From positions 62,001 to 126,000 of the forward strand of contig NIVC01001915.1 of the NCBI GenBank assembly GCA_002269645.1: 64,000 nucleotides of DNA, read 5' to 3'. How positions within the stretch are numbered: position 1 is the stretch's first letter; the number at the start of each line of letters is the position of its first letter. The notes below the pieces were generated by a model. That model did no database searches. It was given only the letters and a program-made list of their open reading frames with translations, and was not told where the DNA came from. The position numbers were made by a program, and so were the translations under genes. This document shows positions 24,201 through 36,813 of the stretch, piece after piece. This DNA is from Macrostomum lignano. Lineage: Eukaryota.

Positions 24201-27072
24201 AGCCAGCAGAGCAGGGCCGGCTGTGTCTGGCCGACCTTCAGGCGGCTGGCGGCTGCATAGGGCGGGATTCCCGGCTCTAGCGGGCGCAGGTCAGCCAGCC
24301 AGATCAGCCGGTGCGCATCGGCAAGGCTGAGCAGATTGACTGAGACAGCGGCACCAACTGTTGAAACCTCCTTGGCTGCGGCCGACACCGGCCGGCAGGC
24401 GATGCAGAAGGGATCGAGCTTGGCCAGCGGGTGGTCAAGCGGCAGCGGCTCAAGGCTGGGGACGGCGGCCAAATCAACAACAGTGCAGCCAAAGTCCACC
24501 AGGCGGAGCAGGCGGCGAGAGACAGCGGCCGCCGAGGCTTCGAAGCGGATCCGGACGGGGCCGCGCTGGGGCAGGCGGGCAACGAATAGCACCTGCCTGA
24601 CTGCGGCTGATGGCGGCGGCGGCGATGGCGGCGACATGAGCGGAGCGGAGCGCAGGAAGGCGTCCAAGTCGGCGGCCAGCTGGTCGAGCTTGCGTCGATC
24701 GGAGCGCTTCAGCAGGTGCACCAGCAGCTGGCCATCGTCGTCGGTCACGTGGCTAACATCGGCGGCGAACCAGGGATTGTCGCCATTGTCAGTGACAGCG
24801 GCAGCCGGTGAAGGCCGCTCTTCAGGTTGAACCCCGGACAGGCTGAGAAACCACGGATTGAGCTGCTCGCCCTGCTCCGAGCTCAGCTCAACGGGCACCG
24901 GAGTTTCAGCTGTCGCGGCCGGAAACTCCACCCACAGCTTCACATCATCCGCTTCCTCGTCTGCGCCGGATTCGAGTTCGAGCATTCTTTCGGCTAGGCT
25001 CGAACTCGCGACCTCCGGCCAGGAGTTGCCGAGGCCGGCCAGGCGGCAGTGGACGGCCTGAGGCGGCATCCGGTCAGCCAGTTCGTCCGGCAGCGGCGTC
25101 AAATCGGCGGCACTGAATTTGAGCTGTTCGCCAAAGTCCAGGGTTTCAACGCTGACCGAGCTGAGGTAATTATTCGGCGGCAGGACTCGAGCCCGGTACG
25201 CCAGGCCGGTGTCGGGTTGGAAGGCGCACACCAGCCTGCCCGGCTGCAGGACCGGCTGAATCTCCACGTTCTGTGCGCGGGGATCGAATACAATGGGATA
25301 TTATCCTATGAGATTCGCTGCTAATATTCGAGTTTTATCTCATGAGATTCGATGCTGATATTCGAGTTTTATCTCATGAGAATCGATACTGATATTCGAG
25401 TTTTATCTCATGAGATTCGATGCTGATATTCGAGTTTTATCTCATGAGAATCGATACTGATATTCGAGTCTTATCTCATGAGATTCACTGCTGATATTCG
25501 AGTTTTATCTCATGAGATTCGATGCTGATATTCGAGTTTTATCTCATGAGAATCGATACTGATATTCGAGTTTTATCTCATGAGAATCGATACTGATATT
25601 CGAGTCTTATCTCATGAGATTTGCTGCTGATATTCAAGTTTTATCTCATGAGATTCGATGCTGATATTCGAGTTTTATCTCATGAGAATCGATACTGATA
25701 TTCGAGTCTTATCTCATGAGATTCACTGCTGATATTCGAGTTTTATCTCATGATAATCGATGCTGATATTCGAGTTTTATCTCATGAGAATCGATACTGA
25801 TATTCGAGTCTTATCTCATGAGATTCGATGCTGATATTCGAGTTTTATCTCATGAGATTCGATGCTGATATTCGAGTTTTATCTCATGAGATTTGCTGCT
25901 GATATTCGAGCCTTATTTCATGAGAATCGATACTGATATTCGAGTTTTATCTCATGAGATTTGCTGCTGATATTCGAGTTTTATCTCATGAGATTCGATG
26001 CTGATATTCGAGTTTTATCTCATGAGATTCGATGCTGATATTCGAGTTTTATCTCATGAGAATCGATACTGATATTCGAGTCTTATCTCATGAGATTCAC
26101 TGCTGATATTCGAGTTTAATCTCATGAGATTTGCTGCTGATATTCGAGTCTTATCTCATGAGATTAGCTGCTGATATTCGAGTCTTATCTCATGAGATTC
26201 ACTGCTGATATTCGAGTTTTATCTCATGAGATTTGCTGCTGATATTCGAGTCTTATCTCATGAGATTCACTGCTGATATTAGAGTGTAATCTCATGAGAT
26301 TTGCTGCTGATATTCGAGTCTTATCTCATGAGATTCACTGCTGATATTAGAGTGTAATCTCATGAGATTTGCTGCTGATATTCGAGTCTTATCTCATGAG
26401 ATTAGCTGCTGATATTCGAGTCTTATCTCATGAGATTCACTGCTGATATTCGAGTTTTATCTCATGAGATTTGCTGCTGATATTCGAGTCTTATCTCATG
26501 AGATTCACTGCTGATATTAGAGTGTAATCTCATGAGATTTGCTGCTGATATTCGAGTCTTATCTCATGAGATTCACTGCTGATATTAGAGTGTAATCTCA
26601 TGAGATTTGCTGCTGATATTCGAGTCTTATCTCATGAGATTAGCTGCTGATATTCGAGTCTTATCTCATGAGATTAGCTGCTGATATTCGAGTCTTATCT
26701 CATGAGATTCACTGCTAATATTCGAGTTTTATCTCATGAGATTTGCTGCTGATATTCGAGTCTTATCTCATGAGATTCACTGCTGATATTCGAGTCTTAT
26801 CTCATGAGATTGGCTGCAAGGAACTGAGTAAAAGAATTATATTACCACAGAATCACTCCAACAGTTCCATACCTGCATTGATCGGTGGTGCTTAATAAGA
26901 TCTTTAGTGAGCATTCGTAAGCCACTGCCGCCATCATCACGCAGTTGAACATGGAAACTACGTGGACTCTTAAAATTTGTACAGGCACATAAGTGCCAGC
27001 CAGTTGGAATTGTATTCATATTTGAGCAGACATTGAGAGGCCAACTGAAATATGGATTGTTATAAACCATTT
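21233..27072 (-). CDS. Multi-Tudor-domain protein (TDRD/Tudor class, at least 5 extended Tudor domains); 5' end uncertain
   Basis: Exons 27072 or 27044-26873 (CACTNFKSPRSFHVQL), 25270-23658 (GRLVCAF...AYRARV...TLDFGE; RLVDFG; LLVDYG) and 23102-21233 (CWRRALV...RLVDTG; VGTPCIALYEEDWYRARIV...RFVDYGN). The junctions are phase 0 and phase 2 and are compatible. AATAAA at 21066-21061. Confidence 0.88.
23145..23478. repeat. 31-bp intronic minisatellite
   Basis: CAGCTACTTTCACATTTCTTAGCATTCTTGT, about 10.5 copies. Confidence 0.97.
25310..26812. repeat. 34-bp intronic minisatellite with ATCTCATGAGAT palindrome
   Basis: TGATATTCGAGTTTTATCTCATGAGATTCGATGC, about 44 copies; fills nearly the whole Tudor-gene intron. 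Confidence 0.97.
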
Positions 27073-29697
27073 CTAATTTTGCAGGATTATTTGATTATTA
27101 CAAAATCTCAACCTCTATTATATAGATATAGTGCCCTTGCCTAATAAAAACTTGCAGCTAAAAATCTTAAACAAAGATTACAATTTAATATCTTGTAAAT
27201 ATAGCCAACATATAATAGACATTGCAATGAACATTATACATGATACAATTTATCTTTAGATTTTAATGCTATCAGCTTTGCTTTCACTATTTGATTCACT
27301 TATAGTTTTGCATATATTTTAGAATTGATTTTAAAGTGTTTTAATTAGTATAAAAAATCAATCGAAGAATGACTAGATATTATATGATACTTACTTCTAA
27401 GCTTGGATTTTGGATGAGTGAAGAACTTGGTTGAGTTTTTTCAAGTAGTTTGAGTTGAGTCAAGTATTGAGTTTTTCAATCAATTTATAATAGTGATTAT
27501 TCTCATATGCTTCATTTCATAGTTCATACTGTATACATATTTTTATAGTTTAGTCTATGTTATTGTTTATATATTTTAAACTTGAAGACTTTGATTGTTG
27601 AAAACTTTATACTTTTTTTGAACTTTATAGTTTACTAGTTCACAGTTCACACTTTATATACTGCACTATAATTTATATCAATTGTGTCCTAATCACAAAG
27701 ATGCAAACAAAATAGTAATGCCAATGGCATGAAAAAGTTACAAATTTTTTTTTGAGTTTAAAAGTATAAAATAAAGCTATATTACCTATATACTATATAT
27801 ATACTGTATATACTGTACTGTATATGTATAAAATATAAACATGGAATTGTTTATACTAGCTAGCTACTAGTAGCTTGTTAGATAGTTATAACGATATAGA
27901 ATTAAATATATTTATAAATAGTGTTTTTTGTGTATTTACTATTATGTAATTGTACTTTTTCCTCTATCATCTTGTGCTGCCTCCTGATTGGTCCAAGTCA
28001 TATTTCTACTAGTCAAAATCATATTGTTATTCCTTTAGTTAAACAAATTTTATTGTATAGATAATTGAAATATCAAATTGTTAAATAAAAATGAAAATAC
28101 TGATAGCAACTAGGCAATGTCCTAGTTTCTTGCCTTAAATTATTTTGACCCTATTTTTGTTATTTTTAGCGTAAGTCATGGCTGGACAACCTCACCTTAA
28201 GTGCCTACAGTAAATATAGTACATCCTGCCAATTTGTAGCCATTGGTCAACCTCTGTGACCTAAGCCCATGTGAAAGCAAAGTTTTATACTTACTAAAAT
28301 TAAAAATGCAACTCAGTTTTAGCCTAAAATTATTCCAAAACAAAATAAAAACATTTAAATTTGTTAGATCAAACTTTGTCAAAATACAAAATTATAAAAC
28401 AAAGTTATTAATATAACAACATAACAATTTGCCTTTAATCTACCATAATTTATAGCCTAGGCCTGCTAGCTAGATCAGCTAGCTTAGTACCACTATTAGT
28501 TAAAATTTAAATTTGTGTGGTTTAACCTAGCTTAGGTTTAAATTTATCTTTTATTAAGAGATCTTGGCATTATAATATTTAAAAATCACTTGCTAAACTC
28601 TAGCCTTGAATAGCACAATTTTGAGTTTAGTAAATGATTCTTGAAGATTGCCTAGATTTAATTTATTTACTTTACAAGAAGAATTGCTAGGACTATATTA
28701 ATTTAAACTTTAGTTACCTTAGGCCCTACCTCAACTATACAATCATACAATATATTGTATATAGAATTGAAAATCTATGTTGCTTAGCTTTAAGCTGTTA
28801 ATCCCAGCCGAGGCAAAGCCAAAAAGAGACTAAAATCCCTTCTTACATTGTAGGCCTAAATGAATAGGGCCTATGTTCATCTTAACTTTAGCCGCAACCA
28901 TCCCTAGCCCACGATGTCAATGAGCTAATGTAACCCTAGCCCGTGGGCCTAGCCCTATCCCTAGCCCACAAAGTCATGTGCTAATTTTATCTAAATTAGT
29001 AAGTAGTAGTAGTAGTAAAGAAATTGCTCAAACAAGCAGCCTGTTCGGCCGATTCAGGTCGATTAGGCCTATAAATTTTGCAAAATTTTCTTTCATTCCC
29101 TCATTATTTGTAATTGAATTGTAGGCCTAATTTATCAATATCAGTTTGATGACAGACAAAGTATTTACATATCGAATTATTAACGAGCAAGAAATTAAAA
29201 TGTGCGCTTTTACTAAATTAAATAATATCGCTAGTCATCGCATTTTTGATTTGAAGCGTAATAGATAGTTCTGCACTGCCCAGAAGGTGGTAGTAGTAGT
29301 AGTAGTAAGTAGTAGTAGTAGTAAGTTGGCTCAGGCAAGAAGCCTGTTTGGCCAATATATTTCTATGTATTTAAGATTGCTTCAGGAATAGGAGACAATA
29401 TTTTAGCACTAGTTATTTAATTATGATTAGTACGAGTTTTGCAAAATGGTATTTGAAAGAACGCGGAAAAGTTATTAACGATACTTGGACGACTAACGAA
29501 GCGAAAGAAAAAGCAAGGAGTTAAAAAAAGTATTGCAGTTAATAAAAGTAAAAACGAAAGAAAAATGAACAAAAACGAACTTCGAAGGGACTTTACGTTA
29601 AGCGAATGACGACGATTTAAATAGGTATTAGATAGGAAACTAATTAAATACTAATTAAGTGCTAATTAAGTAGGAAATTAAAAATGGGAAAGGCGGA

Positions 29698-30278
29698 TTT
29701 ATTTCACTGCTGATATGTCTGTTTCAGTTTGCATAACTGTTTTAGCTATTCATGACTTCATATATTTTAGCTACACCAGTGAGCTCTTTTCTGACTCTTT
29801 TTTCATTTGTAGCATATCCTAACTTGTGTACTTGCTTGTCATTTAGGAGGTACTGACAGAAGTATTTTTTTCTGAACTTTTCGGTTTGTGGACATTCGGT
29901 CAAGTAGTGTAGGATATCGGAACCATTTCTCGCTCCACACAGTCTACATGGTTCATGAGAGAAAATGTTGGGTGTAATTTCGCATTTCAGTTTTAGGAGG
30001 GTTGTTAGGAATTTTTTGTTTCTAAAAGTGCATGGAAAGTAATCTGAAAGGTCAGGCCTGCAGATTTTTTTGTAGAGATAGGCGTTTTTATAGAGTTTAA
30101 TATGTTGCTGATTCTCTAGCTTTTGGCTAAGTTCTCTTTCTCTGTGTATCTTGAGGTGCTTTTTCACTAGGTATTTCTCGTTATTAAAGCTTTGGGAAAG
30201 TTTATCTTCAGTTAGTGCTTTTAAGTGGCGGCTTGGTGGCGGCGGCGGCCGGACTTTTAAATAGTTGCAAATTGGCAC
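29698..30278 (-). mobile_element. 5'-truncated non-LTR retrotransposon (LINE) 3' end
   Basis: ORF with a LINE ORF2-type C-terminal Cys/His motif (PCRLCG...ILHYLTEC), stop at 29742, then AATAAA at 29703-29698. No RT core is visible. Confidence 0.65.
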
Positions 30279-31479
30279 GTAATAAACGAGTTTAAAGGAT
30301 GCAATGTAAATCCGAAGTCATGTGGTTTTGATTCTTAAAGACTACTTTTCAGCAACACCATACCGTTGAAAAGAAATTTTAATTCGATTGTGTACCTATA
30401 TATAACAAATTCGACGAAAGGCTTTGTTTACCATTGTATTTGTTATATTAGCGGAATGGGCGCCCGCGCCCCCCGCTGTGTCCCCTCCGGGACAGCCCTG
30501 CAGCTAAGTATTTGTTATATTATATATTTTATCCGCTACGCGCTGGGTGCTATAGCAGCTGCACTAGCCGATCGAGCAACTGCGCCGCGGCCTGCCACTC
30601 GTCGTCGATTGTAAATATGCCTTATGACCTGCAGGCGCTTGCACTGACCCCACCGGCCGCTGCTGCCTGCCCCTCCCACATGTTCTGCGAGCGGTCTCTC
30701 CTTCTGCGTCCCAATGTACATGTATGTATATGTTTATAATACTTATACAATAGTTTTAATACAATAGTATCCTCCTGAACATTGGTACAATGTATATAGA
30801 AAGCGATAACTATCTGCCTCTGCCTCAAGAATGTCTAAGAATATATAAGAGGCGGATCCGAGTTAACCAACACGTACATGTACATGTACCCAATGGGAGG
30901 AGAAGAATATACCCACTATAGATCCCCTAGAGTAACATTTAGGTATTGTTCAATTGTTCAATCTCAATTGTTCAGTAAATAGTCCTTACTAGGAATTGGG
31001 GTGTTAAAACATTTTAAAACAGCTTGTTGAACCTTTCTAGTTTTTGAGCGCCCATGAAGCCGCACGTACGTTTGCTACCAAAAAATTAAGTCATGCTATA
31101 ATTAATTGCCTCTTCCTAAGGCGGGAGCAGAGCAATGCAGCTCCCACAGAGATACTAATTCCCTTGTACAGATCGAGGGACGGAGGGGTTATTTTAAGAT
31201 ATCTACTACTCAAAGTCCTACGAATAATGAATTTTAAATCACAATTAACTGAGGACGAGGATCTGTAGACAAATTTGACATTTAATTGTAAAGCTTGGGA
31301 CTGGATGGCAGTGTACGGTAAGAATGTAACAACTCGTCAACAAAATTGTGCTGCACCCATCAATTTCTTTAGTTGGCCTAGTGCTGGAGACTATATTGTA
31401 TTGCACTAAAATAATTAATACATTTGAAGACGAAGTATAGTTTCTCAGAGATTGTCAAATATCAGATTACAAGGTTTTA

Positions 31480-32235
31480 GGACAGGGGTGTCAGAGGACA
31501 GGGATGTCAGATGACAGGGGTGTCAGAGGACTAGGGCGTCAGAGGACATGTGTCAGAGGACTGAGGTGTCAGAGGAGATGTATGTTAGAGGACTGGGGTG
31601 TCAGAGGACTAGGGTGTCAGAGGACTGGGGTGTCAGAGGACTACAATGTCAGAGACCAGGGGTTATCAGATCAGAGGACTGGGGTGTCAGAGGACTACAA
31701 TGTCAGAGACCAGGGGTTGTCATATATCAGAGGACTGGGGTGTCAGAGGACTACAATGTCAGAGACCAGGGGTTGTCATATATCAGAGGACTGGGGTGTC
31801 AGAGGACTACAATGTCAGAGACCAGGGGTTATCAGATCAGAGGACTGGGGTGTCAGAGGACTACAATGTCAGAGACCAGGGGTTGTCATATATCAGAGGA
31901 CTGGGGTGTCAGAGGACTACAATGTCAGAGACCAGGGGTTGTCATATATCAGAGGACTGGGGTGTCAGAGGACTACAATGTCAGAGATCAGGGGTTGTCA
32001 TGTATCAGAGGACTGGGGTGTCAGAGGACAACAATCTCAGAGACCAGGGGTTGTCATATATCAGAGGACTGGGGTGTCAGAGGACAACAATCTCAGAGAC
32101 CAGGAGTTGTCAGATCAGAGGACTGGGGTGTCAGAGGACAACAATCTCAGAGACCAGGGGTTGTCAGATCAGAGGACTGGGGTGTCAGAGGACTACAATC
32201 TCAGAGACCAGGGGTTGTCAGATCAGAGGACTGGT
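31480..32235. repeat. Composite ~48-56-bp minisatellite built on GTCAGAGGAC
   Basis: GAGGACTGGGGTGTCAGAGGACTACAATGTCAGAGACCAGGGGTTGTCATATATCA units. Confidence 0.93.
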
Positions 32236-33440
32236 CGGAGTGGTCAGAAGGACAATGTTCTGAAACTGTAGCAACTCATTCATTGATGGATTTTGCTTCA
32301 AGAATGAACTCATACCACAAACTAATTTATTGTATAGTTGAGACAAGGAATGAAGCAACATCAGACACACTTGAAGCTGCCCCAGCAAATTTTAATAATA
32401 TATATTTATTTGAAACAAACAATTCATGGTTGAATTGCAATGAAAGAGAGCTCGAATGCAAAATGAATACTAAAAGCCTTGAAAATGGACACCTGATGTT
32501 TTAAACAGACTCTGATTCTGTATAGATGACTCTATGGGTGCAATCAGATAGATTTATAGTGCAATTGATGGCCGCTTGTCATGTCTACAACTGTCTACAT
32601 GTTACAACTGGAGACAGCGTGGAGCGTCTCTGAAGACGACAAAAACAATCTAGTTATATGATCATTGGATGACGCTGATATTCTTACCAGCTAATTTGTA
32701 CAGTTTTGTGTACTAAAACGCATCAGCTATCGATTGATGAAAAATGAGAAATAGCATGGAGTTGGGATGATAAAACATGAGATATAACATGGGGAGTCGG
32801 AACAACGGTTATACCTATTGGGAATAAAAAGCATTTGCCCTCAGTAGACCTGCACCGCTACGGAACTATGGAACTTTACTGCACTGTAAACACGGCTGCA
32901 CAACAGGGTAACTAAACAATATAATAATAGAATGGGCTTGTAGGGATATAACAAAAATTTTCTATTTACTGAACAATTTAAATTTCGCGCGCAAGACGTG
33001 CTATAGGTCACGTGACTGCTGAACGCGACAATTCAAAGTTGCATGGATCACAGTGCGGCTTCGGTGCAGTTGCCATAGGCAGCTGTCATATAGCTGGATT
33101 AGGGCAAAACATATTGAAGAAAAGATTATTTAAAATTGATTATGAAAAAGAAATGAGCGAAGCTTAGCATGGCGCGAATTGGGGGTGTTAACAAGCTTTA
33201 CTGCTATATATTAATAGAAATGCTAGTTCAAATTGGTACAGGTACAAGTGTACGCACAATAGGTCTCTTGTACACCCAATGCCTCCCAGTTGCCAGTCAG
33301 TTTGCCGGTCATGCGAGTTCCTGGAAAATAAAAAAATGAATTTAAACATTAAAAGGCGGTCTAAGTAACTCCTCAGCTGACCTATAGAGTCGATAGTTAG
33401 AGTGGGATTGCAGTTGGGGGCGCTGCTTTACCTGCGCACT

Positions 33441-33527
33441 GCGGATGAATGACCACCCGGTGACAGGTATACCGCTTTGTCAGCAGGTAAGCTAATTGCC
33501 TGTGTCACCGGCTGATCACCAACCCGC
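33441..33527 (-). ncRNA. mir-36: miR-36 family pre-miRNA (miR-35/36 seed CACCGGG); mature 3p about 33463-33442
   Basis: The minus strand reads UCACCGGGUGGUCAUUCAUCCGC, matching the protostome miR-36 pattern (UCACCGGGU...CAUUCAU, recalled from memory). It pairs along about 23 nt with an upstream arm GCGGGUUGGUGAUCAGCCGGUGACA, with two mismatches and G:U pairs. The loop region is long (about 37 nt). Confidence 0.75.
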
Positions 33528-35034
33528 TTTGATCGCAAGTTTGGTCTCCTGGTTACCGGAGTAATTTCTCCGGTTGATGAATTCGGAATAGGAGTTCATT
33601 CTAGACGTCTGAAATTCGGCTAAATAAATTCAGTTACGAGCTTGAAACCTCTGTTCAGTCAAAACACAAATTGCGCCATTAGCTTATGCAGAAGTAGGCT
33701 GCGTGCATCTCCGCTGCTGCATTGCCCTTCCTCAATTTCGTCTGCCACTCCGGAGTGGAAGATCTACTTTGCGCTGGGAAAGTGCGCATGCACTCAGTAG
33801 ACTGAATGTTTTTGTCAGCGTCATAACTCAACATAAGGGGAGCAATGCTCTACATGTATATCGGGATTTTTATGAGCAAAACAGAGAAAGACAATCCAGC
33901 TGCTTACGTTTCGCCTTCCTTCCGGGTTTGTGCGTGTGTCAGAGCGCCAACACACCCGGTCGGCCCCCTGTAGGGGGCGGGCAGCGCAGAACACCAGGCT
34001 CTCCGGTCTCGCTCTTGTACCCACCCAGAATAAGGCGGCCGGGGGGAGCCACCTCGAGCGAACCCCCGGCCTTTTTATGCAGCGCCGGCTCCGCTGTCCC
34101 GGCCTGACCCATTCCGCCCACCCCCAACGGCGCACAGGGAGTGTGCCAGGTCAACGCGGGACTGCGGCCTCGGGAGGGTAGGGGCGGCGGATAGGTCAGG
34201 CAGGAGAGCCTCTCTGTACCTCCCTTAACCCTCTCCCTCTCTCTCCCTCTCTCTTATTCCGTCTCTTTCGCTCTCTCTCCCTCCTCTCTCGACCCTCGCC
34301 AACCCGGCGGTCCGGTCGTCTATTCGTCTCATCCAACTCCTGAGGTCGGCCGTACTGCTTTGGTGCACACGCGGTAAGGAGAGAAGGGGAGAGAGAGGGA
34401 AGAGAGAGAGAGACATTTGAGGCGCGCAACCCCAAGGCCAGAGCAACCCAATCCAGCCCACCCACACGCATGGCATCTAGAAATGTGTTCGCACTAGTTA
34501 AGGGCAGAGGGGGAGTGGGAGACCCCCTCCGTATCCAACTCGTTCACCCCCGGGATTTGCCAGGGAACAGAGTGGTTCTAAACCGCATGGACGGTTCCTC
34601 CCTTCCAGTTAAAATCGATGAGGAAGAATGATAATATGCTGAGCGGCAGCAGCGGAGGGGAGAAGGAATGGGGAAGCAGAGGTCACCTCAGGTCACCCGC
34701 TTTGGTCTACAGTCCGCAGTCCCAATGTCGGCATGCAGAGGAGAAATCACGTGATTACCGGATTCATTGCGATGAAGCTGACAAACCAAAGCTCAAAGAG
34801 CCTCGCCTTACTGTATATCTGAATAGATGGAGATAGATACTGTAGACAGCCTGGGACTCAAGCTCAAAAGCATCTATGAGACAAAGTTTCTGACCTGAGA
34901 AATGGAACCCCCTGCACTTCCCCAGCCTCCCTTTCTCCTGGCATCTTAAATCCTGCACACACGACTCGCAGGGTCAGCTCAGGTCAACTCGGTCGCTGTC
35001 TTGCCGCGCGCGTTCCATCATCACGTGATTCTGG

Positions 35035-35074
<40 letters not shown>

Positions 35075-35737
35075 GAGGACACCTCGGGCCGCAGCCCTCG
35101 GGCCAAAGAGGCAGGAAAGAGCTTCATCAAAGAAAGAGAGGGCAAAAGAAGGCAGAGTGATAGGCGCCAAAGGAAGTTAGCAGAGTGAGTGAGTGGTGTT
35201 ACGCAATGCTCACAGATTTCTACTAGCTTATCTAGATAGCTGAGCAGCAGAACTCAGTCTGAGAACTCTCTGCAGCTCTCCATGCTCACCCAGTCACCCG
35301 CGGGGCCACAGTAACGCTTTCCTTTTTGGTTTTGACAGCTGCAGGCTCAATCAATGCAGCATCTTCGCATCTGTCCATCAGCTGCAGGGATTGACCTTTA
35401 CTCAGATTTGGGGTCACTGCTCTGCTCTGCTCAACTCTATAGCTGAGTAATCTCTGATAGAAGCTGGCTTGCGTGACCTGCTCGTTACTTTATTTTGAAT
35501 ATTCCAGCTTCATCAGCCACTTTCTTGTCCAGCCTTTTACCTCCCTAACTTTCTTTAATCCATAAATCCTCATCTTTCACTGTGGACAAGTCTTCCAACC
35601 TCTCTCGCAATAATCCCTTCTCCAGGATATTGATTATTTGATCTTAGTTGGTGTGAAACATTTTTGATGCAGTTTGAGAAAGTGAGCCATCCCGACTCAC
35701 GGCTCTCGATAGACATCTCACTCCACTCATCAATCTC

Positions 35738-36020
35738 ACACCTCTTGACTCTCTGTCTCACTCATCAATCTCACCTCTCTTGACTCTCTGTCTCACTCAT
35801 TAATTTCACCTCTCTTGACTCTCTGTCTCACTCATCAATCTCACCTCTCTTGACTCTCTCTGTCTCACTCATAAATCTCACCCATCTGGACTCTCTGTCT
35901 CACTCAATCAATCTCACCCCTCTTGGACTCTCTGTCTCACTCATCAATCTCACCCCTCTGGACTCTCTGTCTCACTCATCAATCTCACCCATCTGGACTC
36001 TCTGTCTCACTCATCAATTT
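35738..36020. repeat. ~35-bp CT-rich minisatellite
   Basis: ACTCTCTGTCTCACTCATCAATCTCACCTCTCTTG, about 8 copies. Confidence 0.9.
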
Positions 36021-36673
36021 CTCCTCTGCAGCGACCCAGTGAAATTAATTATAATAATTCATTCGTTTTAAAAGCAGATCCCTCTGACTCTCTCGCTATC
36101 TCTCATCGCGCCAGTCCAATGTCCACCCCTAGATACGCATCAAGGATGTCGCTTGTAAATATTTGATTAATGTGTCCACCAAGGTGATCTCGACCATCGT
36201 TTAATCTATTCACTGCTTCCAAAGCCATCAGCGCCATCTTGCCAAACCAGGCCTGACGCTAAATACAGCTACTGCACTGGCGCAGCAGCTAAACTGATGC
36301 AGCGGCTGACTCACACAGCAGCATCGGCGCGCGCCCTCTATCCACCCACGCTCGCGCACACCTTGATATCTACGAACCCCCCCTCCCTACTTTACTGAGT
36401 CACAGCGCGCAGGCAGGTAAGTCCAGCGGCCTGTGCACCAAACTTTGGTAAATGGTAAAAAGCTTGTAAAGATGCGCCCCATCCCGCCTGCCAGCACTGC
36501 AATATGCTTGCTTCCTTGTAACCAGCGGTTGCGAGGTCATTAATTAGCCCCCAGAAGGAGTAGGGATCATTCATAAGCAGTCAAAGTCAAGCATGCGGTG
36601 GTCATCGGCACTAAGTATTCGATTTAACTGACCGTATTTTTTGGGGGGCCGCTTTAAAATCACTGAATTCTGC

Positions 36674-36813
36674 TAGGGTAGGTTAGGTAGGTAGGTTAAG
36701 GTTAGGGTAGACTTGTGTTAGGGTAGGTTTAGGGTTAGGGTAGGTTTAGGGTAGGGTTAGAACTTGGATCAACAGCAGTGTTAGATTAGGGTTAGGGTAG
36801 GGTTAGGTTAGGG
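36674..36813 (+). repeat. Degenerate interstitial telomere-like (TTAGGG/GTAGG) repeats
   Basis: Several exact TTAGGG hexamers among GTAGG/TTAGG variants. Confidence 0.75.

Noticed and set aside
28205-28270. Possible extra Tudor-gene exon (VTEVDQWLQIGRMYYIYCRHL), phase-compatible with the acceptor at 27044
   Set aside because: It has good splice sites but no recognisable domain fit, so it cannot be supported without cDNA.
30441-30937. Possible solo LTR (TGTTA...TAACA)
   Set aside because: There is no matching target-site duplication and no second copy.
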